Source: an uncultured Gammaproteobacteria bacterium (GTDB lineage: Bacteria > Patescibacteriota > Patescibacteriia > Patescibacteriales > UBA12465). Taken from it: a stretch of DNA of 49,179 nucleotides. The notes under the pieces were generated by a model. That model did no database searches. It saw nothing but the letters and a program-made list of their open reading frames with translations, and was not told the origin of the DNA. Made by a program: the position numbers and the translations under genes. Positions 17,746 to 25,279 of the stretch are shown piece after piece. Where the stretch lies: NCBI GenBank assembly GCA_964500975.1, contig CAZCQW010000009.1:2823-52001 (forward strand), in the 5' to 3' direction. Position 1 is the first letter of the stretch, and each line of letters begins with the position of its first letter.

Positions 17746-19581
17746 TTATTCTTCTGCCATGTCTAAGAATTCTTCAATTTTTTTAATAACGGTTTTTGGC
17801 ACGATGTTATGTTTTTTGTTGTAAGCGAGTTGCTTAGTACGGCGACGCTCGGCTTCATTAATAGCGTGGCGCATTGAGTCGGTAGTTTTATCGGCGTATA
17901 AAATTATTTTTCCCTTAACATTTCTGGCGGCTCTACCCATGGTTTGCATGAGTGAAGTTTTACTTCTTAAAAATCCTTCTCTGTCTGCATCTAAAATAGC
18001 GACCAAAGTTACTTCAGGTAGATCAAGGCCTTCACGCAAAAGATTAACACCAATTAAGACATCAAACTCACCTTCGCGGAAATGCTTTAAAATATCTGTT
18101 CGTTCAAAAGTTTTAATATCGGAATGTAAATAATTTGAACGCAAACCCTTGCCGTTTAAATAAGTATTTAAATCTTCTGCTTGTTTTTTCGTTAAGGTAT
18201 TAATAATAGCGCGTTCGCCAAGTTTGGCAATACGCTCAACTTCAGCCATAACGTCGTTAATCTGGCTGTAGTTTTCCTTCTTATTAAAGACTGGGCGGAT
18301 TTCAATTTCAGGATCAACTAAACCGGTTGGACGAATAACTTGCTCAGCAATTTGTTTAGAATTTTTTTCTTCAAAATCTCCTGGAGTCGCAGTGGTAAAA
18401 ATCATCTGACCGATTCTTTTTTCAAACTCTGGAAAACGTAAAGGCCTATTATCCATCGCTGATGGTAAACGCCAGCCGTATTGAACAAGATTCTTTTTAC
18501 GTGCTTGGTCGCCGTTGTACATACCTCTAATTTGAGGAATTGCGATATGCGATTCATCAACGATAGTTAAGAAATCAGGTTTCCCATCTTTCCAAGGAAA
18601 ATATGAAATTAAAGAATCAGGGGCTTCGCCAACTAGTTTTCCGGTTAAGTGACGTGAATAATTTTCAATGCCATGACAATAGCCTAAGGTGCGCAACATT
18701 TCTATATCATATTTTGTGCGACGCTCAAGACGTTCAGCTTCTAGAAGAAAACCTTCTTTTTTAAAATAAGCTAAACGATCTTTTAATTCTTCGGAAATAT
18801 TTTTAATGGCATTTTCAATTTGCGGTTTTGTGGAGACAAAATGTTTAGGTGGGAAAATAACAATCTCTTCTAAGTTACCGATTATATTTTTAGTTGTATT
18901 ATCAATAATTGTTAAGTCAGAGATTTTCTGACCATCTAAATCAAGACGGTAAATAACATTTTCCGACATCGGACGAATTTCAAAAACATCGCCGCGAACT
19001 CTAAATTGTCCGCGCTTTATTTCACCATTAACTCTTTCAAACTGGATTTTAATTAATTGTTTAATTAGGTCGGTTCGAACAATAGATTTATCTTTTTCTA
19101 AAACTAAACGAGCCTCTAAATATGATAAAGGTACGCCAAGATTATAGATACAGGAGACAGAAGCGACAATAATAACGTCACGACGAGAAACCAGAGCGGA
19201 AGTTGCTCCGTGACGCAGTCTATCGATTTCTTGATTAATCATCGCCTCTTTATCAATATAGGTATCGGTAATTGGCAAATAAGCTTCAGGTTGATAGTAG
19301 TCGTAATACGAAACAAAATAATGGACCGCATTTTCTGGAAAGAAGTTTTTATATTCTCTATAAAGTTGGGCGGCTAAAGATTTGTTTGGAGCAATAACTA
19401 AAACCGGTTTATTTACTTCTTGGATAACATTAGCGACGGTAAAGGTTTTTCCTGACCCAGTTACACCTAACAAGGTTTGGTAATCATAACCAGCCTCGAT
19501 TCCTTTTAGAAGTTTTTTTATTGCCTCCGGTTGATCACCGGCCGGTTTAAAATTTGATTTTAATTTAAAAATTTTTTCCAT
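17746..19581 (-). CDS. uvrB: excinuclease ABC subunit B, lacking the C-terminal UVR domain (611 aa)
   Basis: GVTGSGKTFT Walker A, DESH box, beta-hairpin region YYDYYQPEAY. Ends ...AYNKKHNIVPKTVIKKIEEFLDMAEE. Confidence 0.95.
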   Translation of the reverse strand: MEKIFKLKSNFKPAGDQPEAIKKLLKGIEAGYDYQTLLGVTGSGKTFTVANVIQEVNKPVLVIAPNKSLAAQLYREYKNFFPENAVHYFVSYYDYYQPEAYLPITDTYIDKEAMINQEIDRLRHGATSALVSRRDVIIVASVSCIYNLGVPLSYLEARLVLEKDKSIVRTDLIKQLIKIQFERVNGEIKRGQFRVRGDVFEIRPMSENVIYRLDLDGQKISDLTIIDNTTKNIIGNLEEIVIFPPKHFVSTKPQIENAIKNISEELKDRLAYFKKEGFLLEAERLERRTKYDIEMLRTLGYCHGIENYSRHLTGKLVGEAPDSLISYFPWKDGKPDFLTIVDESHIAIPQIRGMYNGDQARKKNLVQYGWRLPSAMDNRPLRFPEFEKRIGQMIFTTATPGDFEEKNSKQIAEQVIRPTGLVDPEIEIRPVFNKKENYSQINDVMAEVERIAKLGERAIINTLTKKQAEDLNTYLNGKGLRSNYLHSDIKTFERTDILKHFREGEFDVLIGVNLLREGLDLPEVTLVAILDADREGFLRSKTSLMQTMGRAARNVKGKIILYADKTTDSMRHAINEAERRRTKQLAYNKKHNIVPKTVIKKIEEFLDMAEE

Positions 19582-19586
19582 AGAAT

Positions 19587-20807
19587 TTAGCTGATTAAAT
19601 CAACTTGCTGCTCTTCAATAGTTAGTTCATTTTCACTAAGCTGAGATAATTCTCGTTTTGTTTTTCGGGAATCTAGGAATAATAAAATAAAAGCTATGGC
19701 GCCAAAAAAACCGGCAGCTAAATAGGGTAAACTGCTTTTTATACCAAACAAAGCACCGGCCAAAAGCGGTCCAATAATCATACTTAAAGACATGACGGAA
19801 TTCATCATTCCTAAAATCATTCCCTGTTCCTGCTTTTCACCTCTTTTTAATATCCGGCTTGTCATAACTGCTCTTAAAACGGATTGACCGAGACTTATAG
19901 CAACAACGCCAATTATAAACGGAACCAGATAACCAATACCCATAAATAAAAAACCAACCGTTAAAACTAACATTAACCAGATTGAGAGAAATTCTTCATT
20001 AAAATATTTTAACCAGATTTTTTTCAAAGCAAATCCTTGGTTGAAGACCAAAATTAAACCCATGCCAGCAGTCATAAAGCCGACCACGACAGAAGTAAAA
20101 TTAAATCTCTCGTTTAAGTACAGGGAAAAAGTTGATTGTTGACTAGCTATTGCTAGACCAAATAAAAACCAAGTAATAAAGCCGACTCTTAAATTCGGAT
20201 TTTTTAACGATTTTAATAAGGGCTTTAATGGATTTAGCTCAACTTTTTTTTCGACGTTTTTATTTTGATTTGTTTCTGGTAAATTAAACCAGGCTAAAAT
20301 AAAATTTAAGAAAGCTAGACCGCCTACAAACCAAAATGGAAATGATAAGGAAATAGTACTAAGAAGACCGCCCAGCATTGGTCCAATAATAAACCCAATG
20401 CCAAAGATCGCGCCGATTAAACCGAGGTTAGATGTTCTCTCTTTATCGTCTTTTGAAATATCAATTAAATAGCTTTGAGCGATCGGAAAATTTCCAGCCG
20501 CCAGACCATCAATTATTCTCCCTAAAAATAAAAAAAAGATATTAGTAGCGGAAGCAAAAACGAGCCAACCGATAGACGTGCTTAAAATACTAATAATTAA
20601 GACTGGACGTCGACCAATTTTATCTGATAGCGCTCCTAAAAAAGGTGCACTAAAAAATGCAAAAAAAGAAAAAACGGTGAACAGTAAGGTTACTACAAAA
20701 GCTGACGCCCCAAAAGATTCAACATAAAAAGGTAGAATGGGAATTATTATGCCTATTCCTAAAACATCTATAAAAACAGTTAAGAGGATTATTAATTTTT
20801 TATTCAT
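19587..20807 (-). CDS. MFS transporter (TCR/TetA-like)
   Basis: 406 aa, 12 predicted helices, motif A GALSDKIGRRPVL. Confidence 0.85.
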   Translation of the reverse strand: MNKKLIILLTVFIDVLGIGIIIPILPFYVESFGASAFVVTLLFTVFSFFAFFSAPFLGALSDKIGRRPVLIISILSTSIGWLVFASATNIFFLFLGRIIDGLAAGNFPIAQSYLIDISKDDKERTSNLGLIGAIFGIGFIIGPMLGGLLSTISLSFPFWFVGGLAFLNFILAWFNLPETNQNKNVEKKVELNPLKPLLKSLKNPNLRVGFITWFLFGLAIASQQSTFSLYLNERFNFTSVVVGFMTAGMGLILVFNQGFALKKIWLKYFNEEFLSIWLMLVLTVGFLFMGIGYLVPFIIGVVAISLGQSVLRAVMTSRILKRGEKQEQGMILGMMNSVMSLSMIIGPLLAGALFGIKSSLPYLAAGFFGAIAFILLFLDSRKTKRELSQLSENELTIEEQQVDLIS

Positions 20808-20814
20808 TTATTTT

Positions 20815-21183
20815 TTAATTTTGAATCGGTCCAAGTAAAAAATCATTCAACATTGCCTCTGCCTTGCCATTATGTTTTGTTATTTCTTTAAACATAGTGG
20901 TAGCTTCAAGTCCGCAACCATTAAGAATTTTATCTCCTCCAGGATGTTTACCAGCTGAAGTATATGGGCTCAAATCATAAACTTGTCCGTTTATCAATTG
21001 CCAACAGTCAGTTTTTGTATTATGTTTAGCGAGTTCAGTCATTGTTAAAGCAATAGACGTTTTTGTGGTGTTAGTTTGAGTGTCCTGAGTGTTTTGCATG
21101 TTTGGATTATTTGTTTTATTTCCACAGCCGGTTAAAACCAATAAAAAGGCTGGGATAACTAATAAAAGGTAATTCTTCTTCAT
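20815..21183 (-). CDS. lipoprotein with cytochrome b5-like heme-binding domain
   Basis: Lipobox LVLTGCG. HNTKTDCWQLINGQVYDLSPYTSAGKHPGGDKILNGCGLEATTMF..HNG matches the b5 HPGG fold. Confidence 0.7.
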   Translation of the reverse strand: MKKNYLLLVIPAFLLVLTGCGNKTNNPNMQNTQDTQTNTTKTSIALTMTELAKHNTKTDCWQLINGQVYDLSPYTSAGKHPGGDKILNGCGLEATTMFKEITKHNGKAEAMLNDFLLGPIQN

Positions 21184-21193
21184 AATTTTGTAG

Positions 21194-21208
21194 TCCGCCT
21201 CGGGCGGA
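21194..21208 (-). promoter_or_regulatory. GC-rich 5'-leader hairpin (copy A of a shared motif)
   Basis: tccgcc-tcg-ggcgga, a 6-bp stem with a 3-nt loop, 11 nt upstream of the ATG at 21183. See copy B at 25205-25219. Confidence 0.5.
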
Positions 21209-21310
21209 TAAATTAAATAGTTAAGTTAAATTTTTAATAAATTAATATTGATATATTATCATAATACGCAATAAATTAAAAAGAAATTGTACTAATTGAC
21301 AAAAATTAAT

Positions 21311-21345
21311 AAAAAAGTCCTCTTATTTAAATTGAGGACTTTTTA
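21311..21345 (-). terminator. intrinsic terminator after the SIMPL gene
   Basis: agtcctc (21316-21322) / gaggact (21334-21340), with an A-run and a T-run on either side. Confidence 0.8.
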
Positions 21346-21373
21346 CGTGTTTATTTGAACAAAATTTTATAAA

Positions 21374-22093
21374 TTACTTTAAACCAAAAACTGTTTTAGC
21401 TGTAACCATAACTTCTTTTTCAATTCCCGAGGTATCATATGATCCGTAGTCAGATATCTCAACTGCTCCAACTGGCATGACCTGTACAACGCCCATGCTG
21501 ACAGATTTAATTGTATCAACGCTTTTGACACTGCTATATGCTATTGCCTCAGCTCTATTTTTTGCATCTTTAATTGCCTCAGGCAATAAAGAGATTCTTA
21601 TTTCTGGTAATTTAGAGTAATAATATTCAACTGAGTTAGCAGAAAAAATAATTCCCTGTTCAACTAACTTATCCCCATTCTTGGCTAATTCTTTCATCTT
21701 GTTAACATCATCGGATTTGATCTCAACGTTTTGGATTAAGTTATATTCTTTGGGCGCGTTTGAATCATTTTTATAAATTTCATTCATAAAAACAGGAGAA
21801 ATTTCAAATTTATCTTTAAATCCTTGAGCAATTAAAAATTCACTAATAACTCTCTCATCTGTTTTCATTAAGGCATAGCCAATTTTTAATTGATCTTTAT
21901 TGGCTGTGCGAGTAAAGTTCCCTGTCCAGCGAGCAGAGTCGGAGGTGACTTTTTGCTTAGCTGAGCCAGAAACGGAAATGACATTATCTAAATTTTTTAC
22001 ATCTAAAAATGTTTTAGAAACTAAGGCGGCCGAAATAATTAAACTGACTCCTAAAATGAGGCCAAAGAAAATTGTTTTGTTTGAGTTTTCCAT
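21374..22093 (-). CDS. SIMPL/DUF541 domain protein (membrane anchored)
   Basis: 239 aa. N-terminal TM helix, then ISVSGSAKQKVTSDSARWTGNF... typical of SIMPL/DUF541. Confidence 0.7.
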   Translation of the reverse strand: MENSNKTIFFGLILGVSLIISAALVSKTFLDVKNLDNVISVSGSAKQKVTSDSARWTGNFTRTANKDQLKIGYALMKTDERVISEFLIAQGFKDKFEISPVFMNEIYKNDSNAPKEYNLIQNVEIKSDDVNKMKELAKNGDKLVEQGIIFSANSVEYYYSKLPEIRISLLPEAIKDAKNRAEAIAYSSVKSVDTIKSVSMGVVQVMPVGAVEISDYGSYDTSGIEKEVMVTAKTVFGLK

Positions 22094-22159
22094 ATATACG
22101 AAAATTAATATTATATTTATATTATAGCAAAATTATGAGCATAAAAAAAGAAGTAGTAT

Positions 22160-23536
22160 TTAAACTACTTCTTTTTTACGATTGAAAAATCGATTTTTAT
22201 TTGGATTACCTTGAAATTTTGGTTTAGGGCCGGGATTGAATTTTGGCTTATTACCTGCTTGAAAAATTGGTTTTTTGTCTTGAAATTTTCCCCTGGCATC
22301 ATTTGAACCATAACGTTTTGCATTAGGCACATTAACTATTGGTCGACTAGATCCACTTGAACTACGACCACGCGGGAAACTTCGTCCTGAAGAAGCGGCG
22401 TCTAATTTAACGTATTCCTTTATCGGCAAACTTTTGTTGATTAAACGTTCAATATCACGAATATCTTTTAATTGATTAGGAGTCGCAAGTGAAATTGCTT
22501 TACCGATTTTTCCGGCACGACCAGTTCTGCCAATACGATGAACGTAATCCGCGGTTGCATCTGGTAGATTATAGTTAACTACTAATTCAATACCATTAAC
22601 ATCTAAACCACGAGCAGCCACATCCGTGGCTACTAAAATTCTAGACTTCTGACTTTTAAAAGAATCAAGAGCGGTACGACGACGATTCAATGATAAATTT
22701 GAGTGTATTTCGGTCGCTTTATGACCAAGTCTAAATAATTTTTCTGTCACTTCTTTAACGCCATGTTTGGTTCGGACAAAAACTAAAATTGAGCCAGCAT
22801 GTTCTTTAACAATTTTTTCTAAATGAGAAAATCTATCACTTGGTTTAATCACAAAGATTTCTTGTTCAACTTTTTCAGCTGTTGTTCCTTGAGGGGCAAC
22901 TTCTATGCTAATTGGCAGCTTTAAATATTTGGCTGCTAGTTTAGCAATGGCGGCCGGCATAGTCGCCGAGAAAAGCATTGTTTGTTTTTCTTTTGGAGTT
23001 AGTTTAAAAATTTCCTCAATTTGAGGCGCAAAACCTAAATCAAGCATCATATCAGCTTCATCAAGAACTAAGATTTTAATTTGATCTAGTTTTACAGTTT
23101 TTCTTTTTAAGTGATCAATTAAACGTCCTGGAGTGGCAACAATAATATGAGGATTTTTACGGAGCATGAATAGTTGCTTGTCTATAAATTCACCACCGAT
23201 TAAAGTAGCTAGTCGTAAGCCAAGAGGGCCACCTAGTTTTTTCAAGCTTTCAGTTACCTGAATAGCTAATTCGCGAGTTGGCACAACGATTAAACCTTGA
23301 CCTCTTTCAATACCTAATCTTTGAAGAATAGGAATGCCAAAGGCAAAAGTTTTACCGGTCCCAGTTTGGGCGATACCAATAATATCCTGCCCCTCTAAAG
23401 CGGCTGGAATAGCTTGATGTTGAATAGGAGTTGGAATCTCTAGTTTTAGGTTTTTTAACACGTCTAAAATAGTCGGGCTAATACCAAGATCTGAAAAAGC
23501 TATAGCTTTTTCTTCTGTTTGTTCGTGTTTTTTCAT
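22160..23536 (-). CDS. DEAD-box ATP-dependent RNA helicase with basic C-terminal tail
   Basis: Q motif, AQTGTGKT, PTRELA, DEAD (LVLDEADMM), SAT, HRIGRTGRAG. Gly/Lys/Arg/Pro-rich tail. Confidence 0.92.
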   Translation of the reverse strand: MKKHEQTEEKAIAFSDLGISPTILDVLKNLKLEIPTPIQHQAIPAALEGQDIIGIAQTGTGKTFAFGIPILQRLGIERGQGLIVVPTRELAIQVTESLKKLGGPLGLRLATLIGGEFIDKQLFMLRKNPHIIVATPGRLIDHLKRKTVKLDQIKILVLDEADMMLDLGFAPQIEEIFKLTPKEKQTMLFSATMPAAIAKLAAKYLKLPISIEVAPQGTTAEKVEQEIFVIKPSDRFSHLEKIVKEHAGSILVFVRTKHGVKEVTEKLFRLGHKATEIHSNLSLNRRRTALDSFKSQKSRILVATDVAARGLDVNGIELVVNYNLPDATADYVHRIGRTGRAGKIGKAISLATPNQLKDIRDIERLINKSLPIKEYVKLDAASSGRSFPRGRSSSGSSRPIVNVPNAKRYGSNDARGKFQDKKPIFQAGNKPKFNPGPKPKFQGNPNKNRFFNRKKEVV

Positions 23537-23544
23537 AATAAAAA

Positions 23545-23579
23545 ATAAGTGACCCGACTTCTCTCAAAAGGTCACTTAT
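23545..23579 (-). promoter_or_regulatory. terminator-like leader hairpin abutting the helicase start codon
   Basis: Perfect 10-bp stem ataagtgacc/ggtcacttat with a 15-nt loop. On the mRNA strand it is followed by UUUUUAUU and then directly by the AUG at 23536. Confidence 0.55.
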
Positions 23580-23633
23580 CTAGATATGACATTTATATAC
23601 GGTGGAGATTCGAATCTATTTGATTAGAAATTC

Positions 23634-23662
23634 ATCATATCACGAAAATATATATTAGTCAA
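23634..23662 (-). promoter_or_regulatory. helicase promoter TTGACT-17-TATGAT
   Basis: agtcaa at 23657-23662 and atcata at 23634-23639 on the plus strand, 17-nt spacer. Gives a leader of about 95 nt. Confidence 0.65.
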
Positions 23663-23668
23663 ATAAAA

Positions 23669-23702
23669 AAGAGATTAGTTGAATTGATTCAAATAATCTC
23701 TT
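23669..23702 (-). terminator. intrinsic terminator after the 70-aa ORF
   Basis: 9-bp stem aagagatta/taatctctt followed by a U-run on the minus strand. Confidence 0.75.
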
Positions 23703-23727
23703 ATTTTTGAGAGTTTTTGCCTCTTTT

Positions 23728-23940
23728 TTAGGCTGCCTCCCAAATAATTAACCATTTTGGCACGCCATAGAAGAGTCTTGGGTTCTCTTCTATCGTTACG
23801 GCGACTTCATGGGGCGCTAAACATCCATGCGTTTCTCCATCGTAATGATGAAGAATCTTTCCGGCTAGTTCTGCGAGAAAGGCGGGTAAATTTTTTTTTG
23901 GGTCGATTTTTCCAATCTCCCACATGTTGCGTTTTTTCAT
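23728..23940 (-). CDS. small hypothetical protein (70 aa), compositionally atypical
   Basis: Own promoter and terminator. GC-rich third codon positions. The opposite-strand ORF translates as Arg/Leu-rich junk. Confidence 0.5.
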   Translation of the reverse strand: MKKRNMWEIGKIDPKKNLPAFLAELAGKILHHYDGETHGCLAPHEVAVTIEENPRLFYGVPKWLIIWEAA

Positions 23941-23985
23941 GTCTTGTTTTTTTTGAAAATGTACGAAAAATTTTATAGTGCTAAT

Positions 23986-24014
23986 ATAATACAGGAATTA
24001 CTAAAATGAGTCAA
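23986..24014 (-). promoter_or_regulatory. promoter TTGACT-17-TATTAT for the 70-aa ORF
   Basis: agtcaa at 24009-24014 and ataata at 23986-23991 on the plus strand, 17-nt spacer. Confidence 0.6.
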
Positions 24015-24030
24015 GCATGTTTTGGGTATC

Positions 24031-24064
24031 AAAAAAGCCTCTAGCAGAACTAGGGGCTTTTTTG
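24031..24064. terminator. intrinsic terminator downstream of cspA
   Basis: 10-bp stem 24035-24044 / 24050-24059, flanked by an A-run and a T-run. Confidence 0.75.
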
Positions 24065-24075
24065 AAGATTTGCTA

Positions 24076-24273
24076 TTAAGCTAGTCTTACGTTAACTGCA
24101 TTCATTCCTTTTGGAGATTGTTCCATTTCAAATGAAAGAGCTTGACCTTCGTGAAGTTCATTGTATGAAACTCCTACTAAAGCGTTGCTGTGAAAGAATA
24201 AATCTTTCTCTTGACCTTCAACTTTGATGAATCCAAAACCTTTGTCAGTTAAACTTTTGATAATACCAGTCAT
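24076..24273 (-). CDS. cspA: cold-shock protein (CspA family)
   Basis: 65 aa. RNP1 KGFGFI and RNP2-like DLFFH motifs. Confidence 0.95.
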   Translation of the reverse strand: MTGIIKSLTDKGFGFIKVEGQEKDLFFHSNALVGVSYNELHEGQALSFEMEQSPKGMNAVNVRLA

Positions 24274-24392
24274 TATTTTAGACTTAGTAAATAAAATTGC
24301 AATTTTTTATGTTTATTGTGAAACTCGACGACTTTTCTAAGCGATAAAATTATGCCTTATTAAAATAGCATATATATTAAAATAAGTAAAGA

Positions 24393-25193
24393 CTATTTTT
24401 TAGTTACTTTTTTAATGACTTTTTTAATCACTTTTGTTACCTCTTTCTTAACTTTCTTTACATCCTTATCAACTTCTTTCTTAATTACTTTAGCATCCTT
24501 TTTTACTTCCTTCTGGATTTCTTTAGCATCTTTAGCAAATTCTTTAATCTCTTTTTTGGCAGTTTTAATTCCTTTCTTAACATTATTCATTATTTTAACT
24601 GGAGCAATTTGAAGATCGCTAACAATTTTTTCAGCTGGATTAACTAGTTTCATTAGTCTTTCTAATTTAGCGTCAATAGCGTTAATTCTTTCTTCTAATT
24701 TACTTGTACTTGCGCCATGGTTATGACTTTCTGTTCTTGGGCTTGAAGGACGAGAATCGCCTTTCTTAAAGCAATTACTGCAGTAAACAGGCTTGTCGCT
24801 ACTTGGTTTGAATGGTACTTCACAAGATTCACCACAATCTGCACAAATTGCTTTATGCATTTCTGGTCTGTCGCTACCAAAACTACTACGTCCGCCAAAG
24901 CCTCTATCATCTCTTCTGTCGTCTCTTCTTCCTTCAGATCTATCGCTGCCTTTGAAACAATTGCTGCATAAAACTGGTTTATTTCCGTTTGGTTTAAATG
25001 GTACTTCGCATGAAGCGCCACAATCAGCACAGATAGCTTTGAACATTTCAGGTCTATCGCCGCCGCCAAACCCACCACGACCACCACGTGAACCACCACG
25101 GTCTCCACCGAAGCTTCTCTTTTTAAAATCACCACCACGACCGCCTCTATCGCCGCCAAATTTACGGTCGCCACCTTGATTAAAGTTTTTCAT
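24393..25193 (-). CDS. RGG-rich protein with duplicated CxxC..CxxC zinc ribbons and a Lys-rich tail
   Basis: 266 aa. GGDRGGRGG repeats. Two copies of DRPEM.KAICADCG.SCEVPFKP...KPV.CSNCF with a 62-aa period. C-terminal KKE/KKV repeats. Confidence 0.75.
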   Translation of the reverse strand: MKNFNQGGDRKFGGDRGGRGGDFKKRSFGGDRGGSRGGRGGFGGGDRPEMFKAICADCGASCEVPFKPNGNKPVLCSNCFKGSDRSEGRRDDRRDDRGFGGRSSFGSDRPEMHKAICADCGESCEVPFKPSSDKPVYCSNCFKKGDSRPSSPRTESHNHGASTSKLEERINAIDAKLERLMKLVNPAEKIVSDLQIAPVKIMNNVKKGIKTAKKEIKEFAKDAKEIQKEVKKDAKVIKKEVDKDVKKVKKEVTKVIKKVIKKVTKK

Positions 25194-25204
25194 AATTTGT
25201 TTAT

Positions 25205-25219
25205 TCCGCCTCTAGCGGA
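25205..25219 (-). promoter_or_regulatory. GC-rich 5'-leader hairpin (copy B of the shared motif)
   Basis: tccgcc-tct-agcgga. On the mRNA strand this is UCCGCU-AGA-GGCGGA, a 6-bp stem with a closing U.G pair, 12 nt upstream of the ATG at 25193. Confidence 0.5.
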
Positions 25220-25279
25220 TAATTTATTTTATTATTATATGTAGATTAACATTTTTTCAGCTAAAAAGCAAGGTAATTT

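Noticed and set aside
23607-23618. gattcgaatc resembling a tRNA T-loop
   Set aside because: The flanks do not form a T-stem or an acceptor stem on either strand. It is a simple palindrome inside the helicase leader.
23757-23978. 73-aa plus-strand ORF opposite the 70-aa orphan gene
   Set aside because: Arg/Leu/Phe-rich junk-like peptide with a TTG start. The promoter and terminator geometry fit the minus-strand ORF.
24415-25179. Three alternative-frame or opposite-strand ORFs (24415-24612 +, 24695-25174 -, 24793-25179 +)
   Set aside because: They are by-products of the repetitive Gly/Arg- and Lys-rich coding sequence of 24393-25193. Only that frame gives the duplicated CxxC zinc-ribbon units.
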